64,000 bases of DNA from Balanoglossus misakiensis (taxonomy: Eukaryota; Animalia; Hemichordata): NCBI GenBank assembly GCA_040954595.2, contig CM082583.2, positions 7,748,849 to 7,812,848 on the forward strand. The letters run 5' to 3'. Below, one piece after another: positions 28,101-40,810 of the stretch. The first letter of the stretch is position 1; every line of letters begins with the position of its first letter. Below the pieces are notes generated by a model. The model had not been told where the DNA came from. It did no database searches and saw only the letters and a program-made list of their open reading frames with translations. Both the position numbers and the translations under genes were made by a program.

Positions 28101-31100
28101 GTTATACAAATCATTCCCATAAATAGTATACATGTATATGTAAGTTTATTTCCAAAATATTCATTCAATATGCCAAAAATGTCCTTACTGTGCGCATTTC
28201 TTTTTACTGTTGAAAGATGGGAACCCCACAGGCAATATGGCGTGTTGGCAGTTGTGGCCTATTCGCCCTTTAACTTATCGATTACTGAGAGACTGTAATT
28301 GACTCACTAACTACTATGTAACCGAACTATTCGAATGACACAAGTAATCAAATTTAAAAGACGCCCGTCGGAGTGAACCGCTAAAAATAACCCGTTTTAA
28401 TTCGGCGGTCAAGGTTTCCGCTGTCGCGGCTTATCGATTTGAGGCCGGCCACAAAGCAAACTGCGGTGAGCAATAAAGTTTTAATCATTGAAATGAAGCT
28501 TATCATTGCAAATATCTAATGCAGCCAATATCTGGTATACGACAGGTCAAGTCTCGGCGGACTGAGACAAATCAACACAATAAATATGAACAAATGTGAT
28601 TGACAGATGATCCACTCAGTGAAACATAGTTCAGTAATTTGGAGAACGTCCGCGAAATTGCCGCCAAACGTAGACTAGAGTTGCGCGAATATTTCGCGTG
28701 AACATTTCGAATTTTCATCCATGACACGATAGCTAAATGATTCACAATAAAAGTCAGATTGCTGTCACACTGAGAGTACCATTTAGTGCCTACAATCATA
28801 CAATTGTATCTTCTTATGTAATTATCTCTTTCCTGCAAACTAAAGTGTTTCGTGGGCACACGCCCCCCCCCCCCCAAAAAAAAAAAATGTTACGGAAGGT
28901 GCCCAACTAGTTTGCACGTTAAATGGCGAATTAAGTGCAGAAGTAAATTAAGCCTTGGTAATTGGGACTGATAACCTGATTCATAGAAGTTTGTTTTATT
29001 CCGACAGTTTGAAATTGATGAACCTTGCATCGCAATAATAAGTGCACTGAGTCAAAACAGAGCATGGGATCCTTAGTTTGGTCATTTCGGAAATGCTTCA
29101 GTAGGTTTCTATAAAGGTTTGATTTGTTTGCGCCGAGAAGATTGGCAGTCATGTATCATCGTTCCCCCTAATCCCCCAAAGAATTTCTCTCCCCCCCCCC
29201 CCCTTCGTCGTATAATTACCTATGTACATACAAGTCCGGCAATATGTAAGGCAACTGGTCTCGCTGTATGCAGCGGCCAGTACAGGAGTGACATATCACC
29301 GTTTACAGTGTCTCTAGTTACAGTCAGAGCTAATATGGGATTAGAGCGAAATGCCACAGGCATGGTGCTGTATCGCACGCATCAATTTTAGTTGCGACCA
29401 TAATACTCTGGCAGACTTTATTTGTTAACGGCGAATTGCGAAACCAAAGTGGGGGTGCCTTTTGCAGATACGTCTCTGAAAGTGCGTGTATACCACACTG
29501 CACTGCCCATGTATAGTTACCAAAACATATGTGGCGGGGACATACATACTATTGTAATATATATCTGCCATGGAAGCATGCGAGTTTAATATAAGTGGAC
29601 TACAGATCGCTTAAGTTAGTAATAATGGTACGCAAAAACAGGCGATAGATATAAGCCTCACATTAAGAATGTTATTGACACGACAAAGCTTATTTCAGAC
29701 TGCGGAACAAACGGACACAATGTGGACCAGACAGCCGTGCGATGCACTGCGCGCAACAAAAACATTACTCGTTTCAGTTATTACGGCGGGATCAGAGTCC
29801 TCCCTATTGTCAGAAGTGACATCTGTTGCATTCCTTTGGCAAACTCTCGATTGTCTCTCTCATACAGGCACGACGAGCTAATCGAATTCAAAGAGATGAG
29901 CACCGTACGGTTGCTTCGTTTGCTTGGGTTGTTTATGGCAATTGTATCTGTTGTAGCCGGCTCTTAAATGAAAAAGCATAATGGCGTTATACCGGTGTGA
30001 ACGCCGACTTCCTGTTTTCGTGTGCACGTAATATAAAAGAACACTCAAAACGACACAATGAAGCCTTCCATTAGCAACTAACTTTTGCCATGTAGATTAA
30101 AATGCAACTCGTACGCTCAACTATCGGGAAGGCCAAAGGCCCCTGACCCAATGTACGCTGCGCTCGCGAACGTACATACCAATTACCATCACAGCAGTCT
30201 AGAGGTTATACCGAGTTTTTGTGTATTGAGACCGCAAAATTCCACTCTGGGATTAATTGAGATTCGGTCAAACGTAAGCGATATACCGCCACTTTGGTAG
30301 CTAATTCTGGATGTGGGAAAGATAATCGACCTATTGGCCACCGTTCACCCGCCAGTTTTAGCCTAATGGCGTTAATGGCGTAAATCTTGCGAAATGTTTA
30401 GCAAAGAGAACGTGGAATTACGAGATCGCCCGGTGCAGTGTTAACAGTTTACTGAACGCGCCAGTCCGGCAATCTCACGAATCTATCTTCCGACCGAGAC
30501 ATGGGAAAATGTTTTCCCAACTCGAGTTGATAAAATTCCATCGAACGCGCCGTAGATTCCGCGTTAATGAGCCCACGTGGAGAAAGCGAGTGACTTGTTT
30601 TTAAATATGAAACTTGGAAACCTGCGGGATAGCTGCCAACGGGAGAAGTCCATCCCGGAGAAAAATGAGAAAAATATGCAAACGTGAAATTTAATATAAC
30701 TAACAATTTGATGTTTTTGTTGGAGCGATTGAAACGCGATATATTTCGATGTTTTTAGCAGCTCGTGAAATGTCAGTAAAAAACCGGACGGTACGTATAC
30801 CCGACTGCTATGCAGGCGGCTTGCGCCGACGTCACTTAACACAAACTATTACCGTCTTCTGTGATGCGAGACTCTAAACACGAACTCAAACAGAAAATGT
30901 TTTGATGGCTCTAAGAATATTAAGGATACAGCAACTGCACCTGTGTTGCCTTTTCTAAGCCACTTTGCTTTCGCATTGACGTGAACGGCGACGATCTTTT
31001 AGCAGAAAATGACATAACGAGATTATAGGCAAAGAAATCTGCGTTCTTCGCTCTGCGTCTAGCTCATCAACGTCAACAACTGGAAAGTCGAAATGGCCTG

Positions 31101-32084
31101 CAACAAATGCTGGCGAGGATTCTCTTTCCTCCGTTATTGATGACGTCATTGACATACGCTAGTTTAATCGTTCGTGAAACCTGCGCCGTAACTACCACAG
31201 TGTTCAAATTGCATCGTGGTTAATTGTGATTGCATAATTTTCGCGGGAAGTCACGATGTTTCGGAGTGCTCTATAGGCGACACAACGCTGACGGTAGCTT
31301 GTGAGCTTTGCCAGTGGCCTACCCTTCGAAATTACAAAATATTCCTTTTTTTTCATCCAAGTTGTCTTCTAAAATCATAGAACTTTCAAACGGATTATCC
31401 TGAACAGATATTTTTGCCAAACTACCTCTCAGCATTTTTCTAACATTCTTATAAGTATAATTATCGCAGTTTAAATAAGCCGATAAAAAGGCTATCCTAA
31501 AACTTTAATATATTAATCTACCTTTCAAAATTGTCAGAGTCGATTTTGCTGACTGTATAGACACAAAGTGTTTGATGATGCATGGTATAATTTTTTAATA
31601 CAAAAGACAAAAAAGTAATGGTTGAATAAGAAAATGTTGTCAATAACCTATCACGCAACCTCAAAACGACACGATGATGATTCAACGGACAAACAAACAA
31701 ACATGATGTTCCAAGGTCGTGGCAGAGGTCGTTGTTCTCGTCTCACTAGTTCTGCGTGCACTTCAATTTACTGTTCTTCAGTCTGTGGACGCTAAAATCA
31801 CCGTGATCACCCAATCAAGAAGGCCTTATTCGCTTCACCTGATCTCGTCGTTTCTGACATCAAATCGAAAGAGATATATCTTACTAATTTAAAAGCTGGT
31901 TATTTTTAGAATTCATCTTAAATAGAATCGCTGTCGCACCTCAACCGATGAGTTAGTTCACTGTGTATCGTATCGACCAACACACCGCCACTAAATAAGG
32001 AAAATGGCGGAAAATTCATATCTTTTGTGCTCTAATTATTCTTCACGTCACAACCGAGGATCCATATGTCAAATTTCTGTGTGC

Positions 32085-32215
32085 AGCTAGCGTTCAGAAA
32101 TACTAACGGGGTCCATCTGAGAAGTAGGGGAGGTCTACACTAGTAACTCCATAATAGACATACCACACATTGGCGTGTCACGCCCCACCCCCGTCATAAT
32201 TAATGAACGCTTCCT
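32085..32215. mobile_element. Degenerate MITE of about 130 bp
   Basis: Left end agcgttcagaaatactaacgggg is an imperfect inverted copy of right end ccccgtcataattaatgaacgct. No coding capacity. Confidence 0.45.
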
Positions 32216-35103
32216 GATTCAGTGGGTCCTGATGTGTGACAACACAGTGTCCCGTTGATGCCAGAAACGCAATCATAATTCCTGGTTGCATTACGTCGGG
32301 TCAATCGCTGCACAACTCAGTTTAGCTGTGTATATATATACTTGTTATTTAGTTTCGACATTTACCACCACGTGGGCGTCCGCGCCGTGCGCGCGAGGAA
32401 TAAGAATATAACAAGAAAATATATGTGTTTACAAAAGTGGCTACATGGTGCTCTTAATTGGTAGCGTGACTCGCGCATAGAAGTGACTCCATCGTCTCAC
32501 TAGGAATCTTTTCACTTGATTTAGGCTTTCTTATTGCCATGTGGGACTTTTTAATTGGTGGAGGGCGACTCTCGCACGGGAATGACCGCAAGTTTATGTT
32601 TAATCGCTTCATGTAATATACGCGCTTTCACAAGAGATCGCAAACTTCCAGACGACACATCTCAAACTTCGAGGTCACGAGACCACTTGAAAGCAAGCAC
32701 ACACCAAGATCTTATCCTCTCCCCTGGATTTCAATTAACCTAATCTAGTTCATTTTAATAACTCGGCATCGAGGCAAACGGTATTTGGTGAATAACTTTG
32801 TATCCGGAATTACCACAGGGACTTGCATCAAAAAGTCGGGTTAATCATCTTTTTAAGCAAAATTGAATTATCTTTGCCAAATCAAATCTTCCGCAAAGTT
32901 GCTCATGTTAAACGTTTTGCGAGGAATCATCCTTAATTAATTGTGACAGATAAATTAAACGAAATAAACCCCGACGCACGAACTGTATAATCTAATTTCA
33001 AGTTGTACATAAGATCGGTTTATGAAACACTTAGTTAAATTCTTCAGATTGCCGAAGCCATGACATTCGGTATCTGTCTTATTCCGTGAATTAGAATGTT
33101 TTCTTCGTTTGGCATACTTATATTAATCTCGTTAGTGTTATAAATTTAGAAATGCAGTGGCCAAAATTGGCGGGGGTGACAGAAATAACAGCCCTATGCG
33201 TATTAATACATATAGCATTTATGGACAACATCACATATAAGCGACCCAGTAAATCATACAGTTGGAGTTTTGTGGGCATATACATTTTACGACCACCGCG
33301 ACTTTATATACCATCCGCCCTGCTTTTAATAAATGGTGACAGAACGGTAACCTTCGAATTATTGGCTTCTAACAAGCAGAAATGAGCTTCGGCATTGCGG
33401 AGAAAGAAATCACTCTCGGCTAAATCGCCGCAGTTAAAAAAAGTTTACATTATTAAAATTGAAACAAAAAAGACGTGAACGAGATCGGATTACCGTGTTT
33501 GCATTGGCAAATACGCGAATCGATAGTAAATCAAGAAATGTTTTGACATCTCGTCTGGCGTCAACGCCCGAATCCTATCAATGCGAGAACACGCGTTCGG
33601 TATCGTAAGGTATGCCGGGAAAAACGGACCCTGCGCAGCAGTAAACGCATGTGTGCCTGCGTACGAGAAAATACACCGTAATAAACCTTTTAACTGATGT
33701 ACTACCAGGGTCGTAAACGGTTTATAAGAAAGCGTAAACCTGGCACCATTTCCAGGCTTTATGTACCAAGCATGCACATTGGCAGCATACATACATACAT
33801 AGACTTTGTTGACGTGATATGGAGAGGCCGCCATTTTTTTCTATTCACACAAGCTGTCCCGAATGACCGAATGTATAGTACGAGCATTGGCATTGGGGAG
33901 ACGGCAGTCGTGGTGATGTTATCGGGTGTTCTACCCTACACACTGCTTTCCGTTTGGCACAAAATTAAATCAACGCAAGCCATTGTATATTCGCGTGTGT
34001 CTGCAAAGCGAGAGTAGTACCGTGAACGAAGACGACTCTTCTCTCTTAAATATCTTTTCAATCAGCGGGGAGAGTTCTAAAACATTATTGGTAGTCATCT
34101 CACCACCGTTGCCCATGGCATTAAAGTGCGCCCAATATGTCAGTTATCGTGCCAAGTGCATTGAACTACAACATAAATGACAAGCAATACTTTTTTCTAG
34201 TATTAGGGTCGATCTGGACTCGCCAGTATTTTGCTACAGAGCCAAGAACCATCGCCGTTCCAATATTAGCTATTAAAATGAAATCAATCTAATAAATATT
34301 GTTTCGTGTAGGCCGCCGATATGTCATGTTTGGACTGCGCTGGAGCCAAGGCGGTGAAGTACGGCTACAGATTTTGCCATAAAGCGATACACCCCGAAAG
34401 GCACGGACTCGAACTCACAAATTCACCCTAATTCAGTCCCAAATCACACCTGTATAAATGGACAAGGCGGCACCGGTACGCCGTCAAATGACGTCAGGAA
34501 GCGCCCCAAGGTTACCCACACAGTTCATCCATGCAGTGTTGACTCCGATCAAAGCACGATTTCATACCTACTTCAATAAATTTCACCAGAAACCTTGCGA
34601 TCCTGCAAATTCCGCTCAGATCATAACACACACACGCGGAGAAAACTCGTAAATTTGACTTATGGGAACTTGAAGTCGTTTAAACAATGTACCACCGATG
34701 TCAAGACTTGATCACACTTTATTGCCAATGAAGAACTGACCCCTCGCGTAATCCCGTATTAAACCAAATCCGTAAAATTCAAATACGGCTTTCGCGAGAA
34801 TCAAGACATATGGGCAGTTAGCTAAGTAGTGCTCACTAAGACTATTTCTGCGACTGCAAAGATCAAAATGCCCTCACATCGCTCGGAAGCACTTTACATC
34901 ACTGTGCATATATCTTACATCGTCGTTCGTGAGTATAGTTTCCTGGAACATTTACGTCTGATATTGGACTCCGTCTTACGTCTACGTGCACGTGAGAAGA
35001 CAGCAGCTGCGACCATATCACGCCTCGCTCGATGTATTCACAATGCGCCTATATAGAGACACACGCAGACAGTTTTGGTGTATGAGGAGGAATCGTGGCC
35101 CTA

Positions 35104-35270
35104 TAGTGGCCTTACCTCCTCGGTTGCAGTTACAGCCATTGCTTCAACACCGCAGCATCAAGGGTTCAATCCCAAGGCTTGCCATGTGGTGCTGTGTCCC
35201 TGAGCATGGCGCATTACTTCCCATGCTCCAACCCCGAAAACCGCCCTGGGAGTATTAGGTATAGCTTGGG
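35104..35270 (+). mobile_element. Decayed tRNA-derived SINE with a CORE-like central domain
   Basis: B box GGGTTCAATCCC at 35162-35173, followed by gctgtgtccctgagcatggcgcattact. This resembles the recalled CORE-SINE block GTGTCCTTGGGCAAGGCACTTxAC. The A box is degenerate. Confidence 0.5.
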
Positions 35271-35764
35271 CCTTGCTTTGTATAATGTAATTCGCACCTG
35301 TTCCGGTCACCATATCCTCTGCGTAGGATAAATCAGAATGAAATTACAGATATACATATGTACACATAATCACACACACATGCGTACGTACATACATGAT
35401 ACTTTTGAGTTACATTTAATGCTCATACAATATCATGTCAGGCTGACTCTGACCAAACTGATACAGACATTGTGTGAATACCTCCATTAATTGTAGGATA
35501 AAGGCTTTGTCACGTTTTGAAGTGACATCGCCATTGACCTGTAATGCCAGTCTTCATCGATTGATGATGAGTTAAACATTAGCCATTCACTATATTCACA
35601 CGTGATGTTTCGCTCACCAAAGACATGATTGACATCCGTAATTACGTCACACGTGGGGTTACCATGGCGATACCGCTATCTGTAATGCTCTTTTATATCG
35701 ATTTTTAACTGTAAGGTGCATCCAATCACCAGGGTGGCGTAGAAATTTCCATGCCATATTGGAA

Positions 35765-35893
35765 TACATACACACACATACATAGTACATACATACATAG
35801 TACATACAATGATGTAACATACATACATACATACATACATACAGACAGACAGACAGACAGACAGACAGACGCACGCACGCACGCACGCACGCA
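35765..35893. repeat. Compound (ACAT)n-(ACAG)n-(ACGC)n microsatellite
   Basis: Directly visible stepwise unit change. Confidence 0.92.
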
Positions 35894-36505
35894 GACCGAC
35901 AGGTAAACAGGTATGGCCCGTAACGTCATTAACGTCATTCTAGAAAACATCGAAGGGATCCTCATGCCAGATAATTTTAAAAGTTACCTTTAAATCGACC
36001 TGTAATCGATTGGGAAACCCGAGCCGTAGGATAGAGAAATGGCCCCTGCTATGAAATGACCTTCATGTATACATACAGCATCAGTCGATGCAAATAGACT
36101 GTTTCTTGCATGGAAACCTGAATTGTTTTGTTGGACACGGCCCAACTGTCGATTTCCCTGTTTTGCTGTTCGCGGTGAACTGCATGCCGCTATCATCATT
36201 GTCCCTGTAATGCAGTTGAACGCTTCATATAGGCCTACACACTCTAGGAGTCGATGAATTCAGAGATTGCGCACGGCCATGTCGTTGCCGGGGCTGTGGA
36301 TGCAGATATTGACATAAAGCTTATTACTGATATGTGCTGCGAAGTTTTCACCACTGTGCGGCGACTTTGTGTTATCGGGTGAATACGTCATAGAAAACGT
36401 ACGTTTGTATTGTCAGCTGTTTACACCTTACCTTACGCAGGGCTTTTTTCTCTCTGTCGGCGTATATGCACAGGTACGTGTACAGTACGTACAAAGAAGC
36501 CCAGA

Positions 36506-36686
36506 ACATACATACATAGGCCCTACATACATACATACATACATACACACATACATACATACATACATACATACATACATACATACATACATACATACAT
36601 ACATACATACATACATACATACATACATACATACATACATACATACATACATACATACATACATACATACATACATACATACATAC
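36506..36686. repeat. (ACAT)~40 microsatellite
   Basis: Main run 36524-36686 with one ACAC interruption, plus a short run at 36506-36518. Confidence 0.97.
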
Positions 36687-37150
36687 TTAAATGTGAAAAG
36701 TAAATAATACAAATAATTCTTTGATGATCGCGTATCACACGCCTTTAATTTCACACGGCACTTGTTATCAGTATTTTCGAATTTTGTATATGAATGCGAT
36801 ACTGATCGTATATGCATATATGCATTTTGCATATATTACGTGCTTCAACCAGCGCTCTGGATGAAGCAGCGTATCCCGGCGTGCCGTTCGGTTTTGGCGG
36901 ATGACAGTCGCACGCCACACGTGTGCTGGGCTCAGTTCAGTGCTGGCTCTGATGCTCGTTGCAGCGACGTTGGACAAATGGGAGTTAACGGATAGGTGCA
37001 ACACCGGCGGGCATGTGTTAATGAGAGTTGAAAAGCTGTTAATTTAATGAGGCGGTATCAGATGCAGGAATGTCAAAAGTGACAAGACAGCGGAGTCGAG
37101 TGACTGTACCAATTTGACGACGCGATGGCTCAATTGTTCCGCTCCTGTGA

Positions 37151-37184
37151 TATATAAAGGCTCCGGTGCGTGTTGGAATCATTC
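37151..37184 (+). promoter_or_regulatory. Pol II core promoter of the GPCR: TATA box plus initiator
   Basis: TATATAAAG at 37151-37159 and TCATTC at 37179-37184. The Inr A (37181) lies exactly 30 nt downstream of the first T of the TATA box and 171 nt upstream of the ATG. Confidence 0.65.
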
Positions 37185-37351
37185 GTAGTCGCCAGCCGAT
37201 CTTCCCTCGGCGTTCATGATTCGCTGACACACCGCTGACAGCCGGAATTCTGCGTCGTGTGTTTTCATGCGATCATCTATAATGTAAGTAAACCCATATA
37301 TTGATTCAGATACTATTACAGTGAGTGGTTGCAGAACAAATACAATTCACT

Positions 37352-38437
37352 ATGCCGATCAACGTCACCTACTTTTTGGATGACGACTACTTTGATCCAA
37401 ATGATACAATATCGGTGCCGCCAAACTTGACGCAGGCGACAGGTAGTTCAGGCTTGCTTCCGCCTTGGATTCGGACGGTGGCTCTTCCAGCGTTCTTTGG
37501 GCTGGTGTGTTTGACCGGAGTGATCGGGAACAGCCTGGCCATATGCGTCTTTCTGCGTTTCTCCAACACGAAGAAAGTGCCAAACGTGTACATTCTGAAT
37601 TTGGCTTCGGCGGATCTGCTGTTCATGGTCGGCATTCCGTTCCTGACCTATCAATATGCCGCCGAAGAGTGGATTTTCGGGGATCTAATGTGTAAGATAG
37701 TCATGGCAATCGACGGCATGAACATGTACACGGGCATATTCACGCTGACGGCGATGAGCGTAGACCGTTACCTGGCAATAGTGCATGCCGTCTGGTCCAT
37801 GCGTCACAGAACACTGCAATCAGCGAGAGCCGCCTGTGTGTTATTGTGGGTCTTCGCGACTCTGGTAACGCTTCCCCTGTGGATTTACTCTCAAACGCGC
37901 ACCCATCGCGGTCAGCTGCGCTGCGACGTGGCTTGGCCAGAGAAAAACGTACCCATGGAAGAGATTTTCATCCTGTACAGTTTTATACTCAGCTTCGTTC
38001 TTCCCCTAGTCATCATTTCAGCCTGTTACATCGCCATCATGGCTTCCTTGGCCAAGGGGTCGAGGGCGCAGAAGAAGCGCAAGAAATCCGGGAAGCTGGG
38101 ACGCGTGGGTGTCATGGTGCTCCTGGCCGTGGCTCTGTTCGTGGTGTGCTGGCTGCCCTTCTGGACGGTGCAGCTGCACATGCTGATACAAAAGGATAAA
38201 CCGCCGACTCGTGCCCTAGCAATCGCGTATTACACGTCACTGTGCATGGGTTATGCAAACAGCTGTCTGAACCCCGTGGTGTACAGCTTCTCGCGGCGAA
38301 ACTTTCGACAGGATCTCACCCTCACCTTCTGCGGGCACCGGGGGGCAGACCTGCGATGCAACGGCGACAAGAAGAACTCGACGCTGTACTCGCACGACAA
38401 GCTGGACCGGACAGTGGAGAATTCGAATGACCTGTAA
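37352..38437 (+). CDS. Intronless rhodopsin-family (class A) neuropeptide GPCR, somatostatin/MCH/urotensin-II/opioid receptor-like, 361 aa
   Basis: First ATG of the ORF is at 37352 (the track starts at an upstream GTG). Seven hydrophobic segments with GN (TM1), NLAxAD (TM2), WxFGxxxC (ECL1), D3.32 and DRY (TM3), W4.50, an ECL2 Cys, FxxP (TM5), FxxCWLP (TM6) and NSCLNPxxY (TM7). Three N-terminal NxT sequons, GC-rich codons relative to the flanks, tandem TAA TAA stop. Confidence 0.96.
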   Translation: MPINVTYFLDDDYFDPNDTISVPPNLTQATGSSGLLPPWIRTVALPAFFGLVCLTGVIGNSLAICVFLRFSNTKKVPNVYILNLASADLLFMVGIPFLTYQYAAEEWIFGDLMCKIVMAIDGMNMYTGIFTLTAMSVDRYLAIVHAVWSMRHRTLQSARAACVLLWVFATLVTLPLWIYSQTRTHRGQLRCDVAWPEKNVPMEEIFILYSFILSFVLPLVIISACYIAIMASLAKGSRAQKKRKKSGKLGRVGVMVLLAVALFVVCWLPFWTVQLHMLIQKDKPPTRALAIAYYTSLCMGYANSCLNPVVYSFSRRNFRQDLTLTFCGHRGADLRCNGDKKNSTLYSHDKLDRTVENSNDL

Positions 38438-40589
38438 TAACACCCATTTGCAATTCTACACACTATTATCATCATTCTGCACAATGCTCGGAGATTTTTT
38501 GCCGCGAAATATCCCCGTGTGTTTAACAAACAGAAATGCCAGATTATACGTCTTTATACATTTTCCATAAATGTAACTCAAATAATGAACTCCTTTAAGG
38601 ATCAAAGAATTGGAAAGGGGTTTGGTTTTTCGAAACGTCATTTAGACTTCAAATAACCTTTTCATTGTAAAAATGCTTATACTATAGAACCCATGCAGAA
38701 CTCCTCCACAACCTGTTATACTACGTGTATTTATGATAAGAATGTATGATGTCTCAGTGATAATGCATGTTTAGTTTTGGTGTAATCCCCGGAAATCTTA
38801 GTCATTTTTTCTCAGTTATAATTAAGACTAGCTGTATTAGTCCACAGAATGTTAATTTTTTATTGCGCGTCGCAACGGGGAGATCGGGCGAGTTGTGACG
38901 CTTGGGCTTCTATGCTATTAAAAATTCATACTGTCGTTAGGGCAGCGTTGCGCTGTATATTGGAAGCAATAAAAATCGCCGCAAAAGATGGAATGGCGTG
39001 TCTGTGTTCGCAGCATATTGTTCAGGTTTAAGTATAGGAAGCAATCATGGAAGCGGTTGACGCCGTGCGGGCTTCAGTCGAGAGAAGTTAAAAATCAGAT
39101 CTGTTTAGGATTAATGCGCTTCAATACTCAACGCAAAGCCATAGTCGTTGCCCTTGGCGCGCAATATAAAGAACAGGTGCACTCGTACTTTGCATCTGAC
39201 TATTGAACGCAGCTTCCAAGGAGTGTGAACACATGACATTTGGGCTCGTGGTTAGTGGCTGTCCCATTTACTCGACTTGAGACACGCGCGTTGCATGATC
39301 GATTAAAATTCCGAATCAGATAACTTCCCTGATCCCAGTGATACGCCACAGGGAAAAAAATATGAATGCGCACGCTGTAGTGAGATCCAGATGCCAGGAA
39401 TGTATTTATTCAGACAGTTAGGACTCATTCAATACTATCTGTCGGGTGGCTCGGAGCCGCGCGCACAGGTTTCGTCGGCGACTCCGCTGTGCGGCTGGAC
39501 CGGGAAAGGATGACGTGGAGTGAGCTCGTTTGTCTGAGATAATACTTAGAAGTCAATCGTGTACATTGGCCATTTCCATCAGAGCGATCTCAATGATTGT
39601 TCTGAATTCAATGCAGACTAATAGGCTATATTCCATTAATAACCCAAATGTACTTGCAGTAATGATTTCTGGAAAAAGATACTTTGCCACAAGTTCGTAA
39701 CATCCAATTCACGTGCGTGTAGAGGGAGACATACACACACTCAACATAGTCTAAGTTACAAAGCTGTAAATTAACCGAATAGCTGTATATCGTCAGACCT
39801 ACACTGTGTCGTGCGTGTCGAAATGTTTTGAGTTTTTTCTGGTTTACAGCATGTTCAACACACCCTTGCATTCTTTGTCATTGCCGTCATTTTTTCTCGC
39901 AGATTTATCTCTTTCCCCTGATGCAAACAGTAAATAGTCTTCATTTATCTTTACGTCACACACACGAAGCCTGTACACTGATTCCGCAAGCTGTGTATAG
40001 AAGGCTGTTTCCTGCAGAAATCGATAGAGGAAAAAAATGGGATATATACCACAGTTGTGCGCATGCGAGGAAGTTGTAATGAACACGTCGATTGTCGGCC
40101 CGTGCCGCGGGCAACATCTCTCCTCTGTTCCGCCTTTGATCGGAATTCAAACTCGTTACAAAATGCGTATCGGCCTGGAAAGTGCCGAGAAAATGACAAA
40201 GATCGCTAATTTAACTTAGATTGTACCCCGGAGCAGCTATCGACGAAATTGAATATATTGCATTTGTTTTTGTGACGCGGGTTAATCGTATCGTGTGTTC
40301 AAGACATAAAACACCATGGGGACCCACGGTTACAGTTTCCCGGCCAACAAGGATTGTTCATTTAAATTCATGGCAAAGATGTCGATGGGTGATGAACATG
40401 TGTTGTTTTCTGGAATTGAAATATACTTGGAAAGGCCTGTGAGAGAGCTTTCAACGGTTCTCACAAGGGACTGTCTCGCTCAATTTGCCATTCAAAGGCT
40501 CCCTCAAATAACCAGTTCGGAGATTTTTTTGTGTGTGCTATACATTCAGTATTGAACGGCTAGAGAATTGATGTCTTAATTCAGACGTT

Positions 40590-40810
40590 GATTTCCAGAC
40601 AGTTTCAGTCTGACTAAGCTTCCCTGTGATGGCTGTGGCGATGTTTTAAGTTGAGCTGTCTGTTGCCTCGGTCTCAAATGACCAGTACCAGTCGGTGACG
40701 GAGCCTGGTCGGTTGATATTTTTTTAATGAGAAGAGTTTTCTTCACTTCTTGGGTTAACCAGTGTTGTGGCATATTTGTTAAAAAACAGTTTGGGGGCAG
40801 GGCAGTTATC
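40590..40810 (-). mobile_element. Possible CR1/L2 LINE ORF2 tether-region remnant
   Basis: PQHWLTQEVKKTLLIKK resembles the PWxTxExKxxxxxK motif between endonuclease and RT. Support is short and weak. Confidence 0.3.

Noticed and set aside
35659-36832. MYVC/YIHT repeat ORFs
   Set aside because: Artefacts of ACAT/ACAG microsatellites.
37325-37351. GTG start giving a 370-aa receptor
   Set aside because: This is a eukaryotic locus, so the first in-frame ATG at 37352 is the expected start.
37365-38529. Overlapping alternative-frame and antisense ORFs within the GPCR
   Set aside because: Shadow ORFs caused by GC-rich codon usage; no domains.
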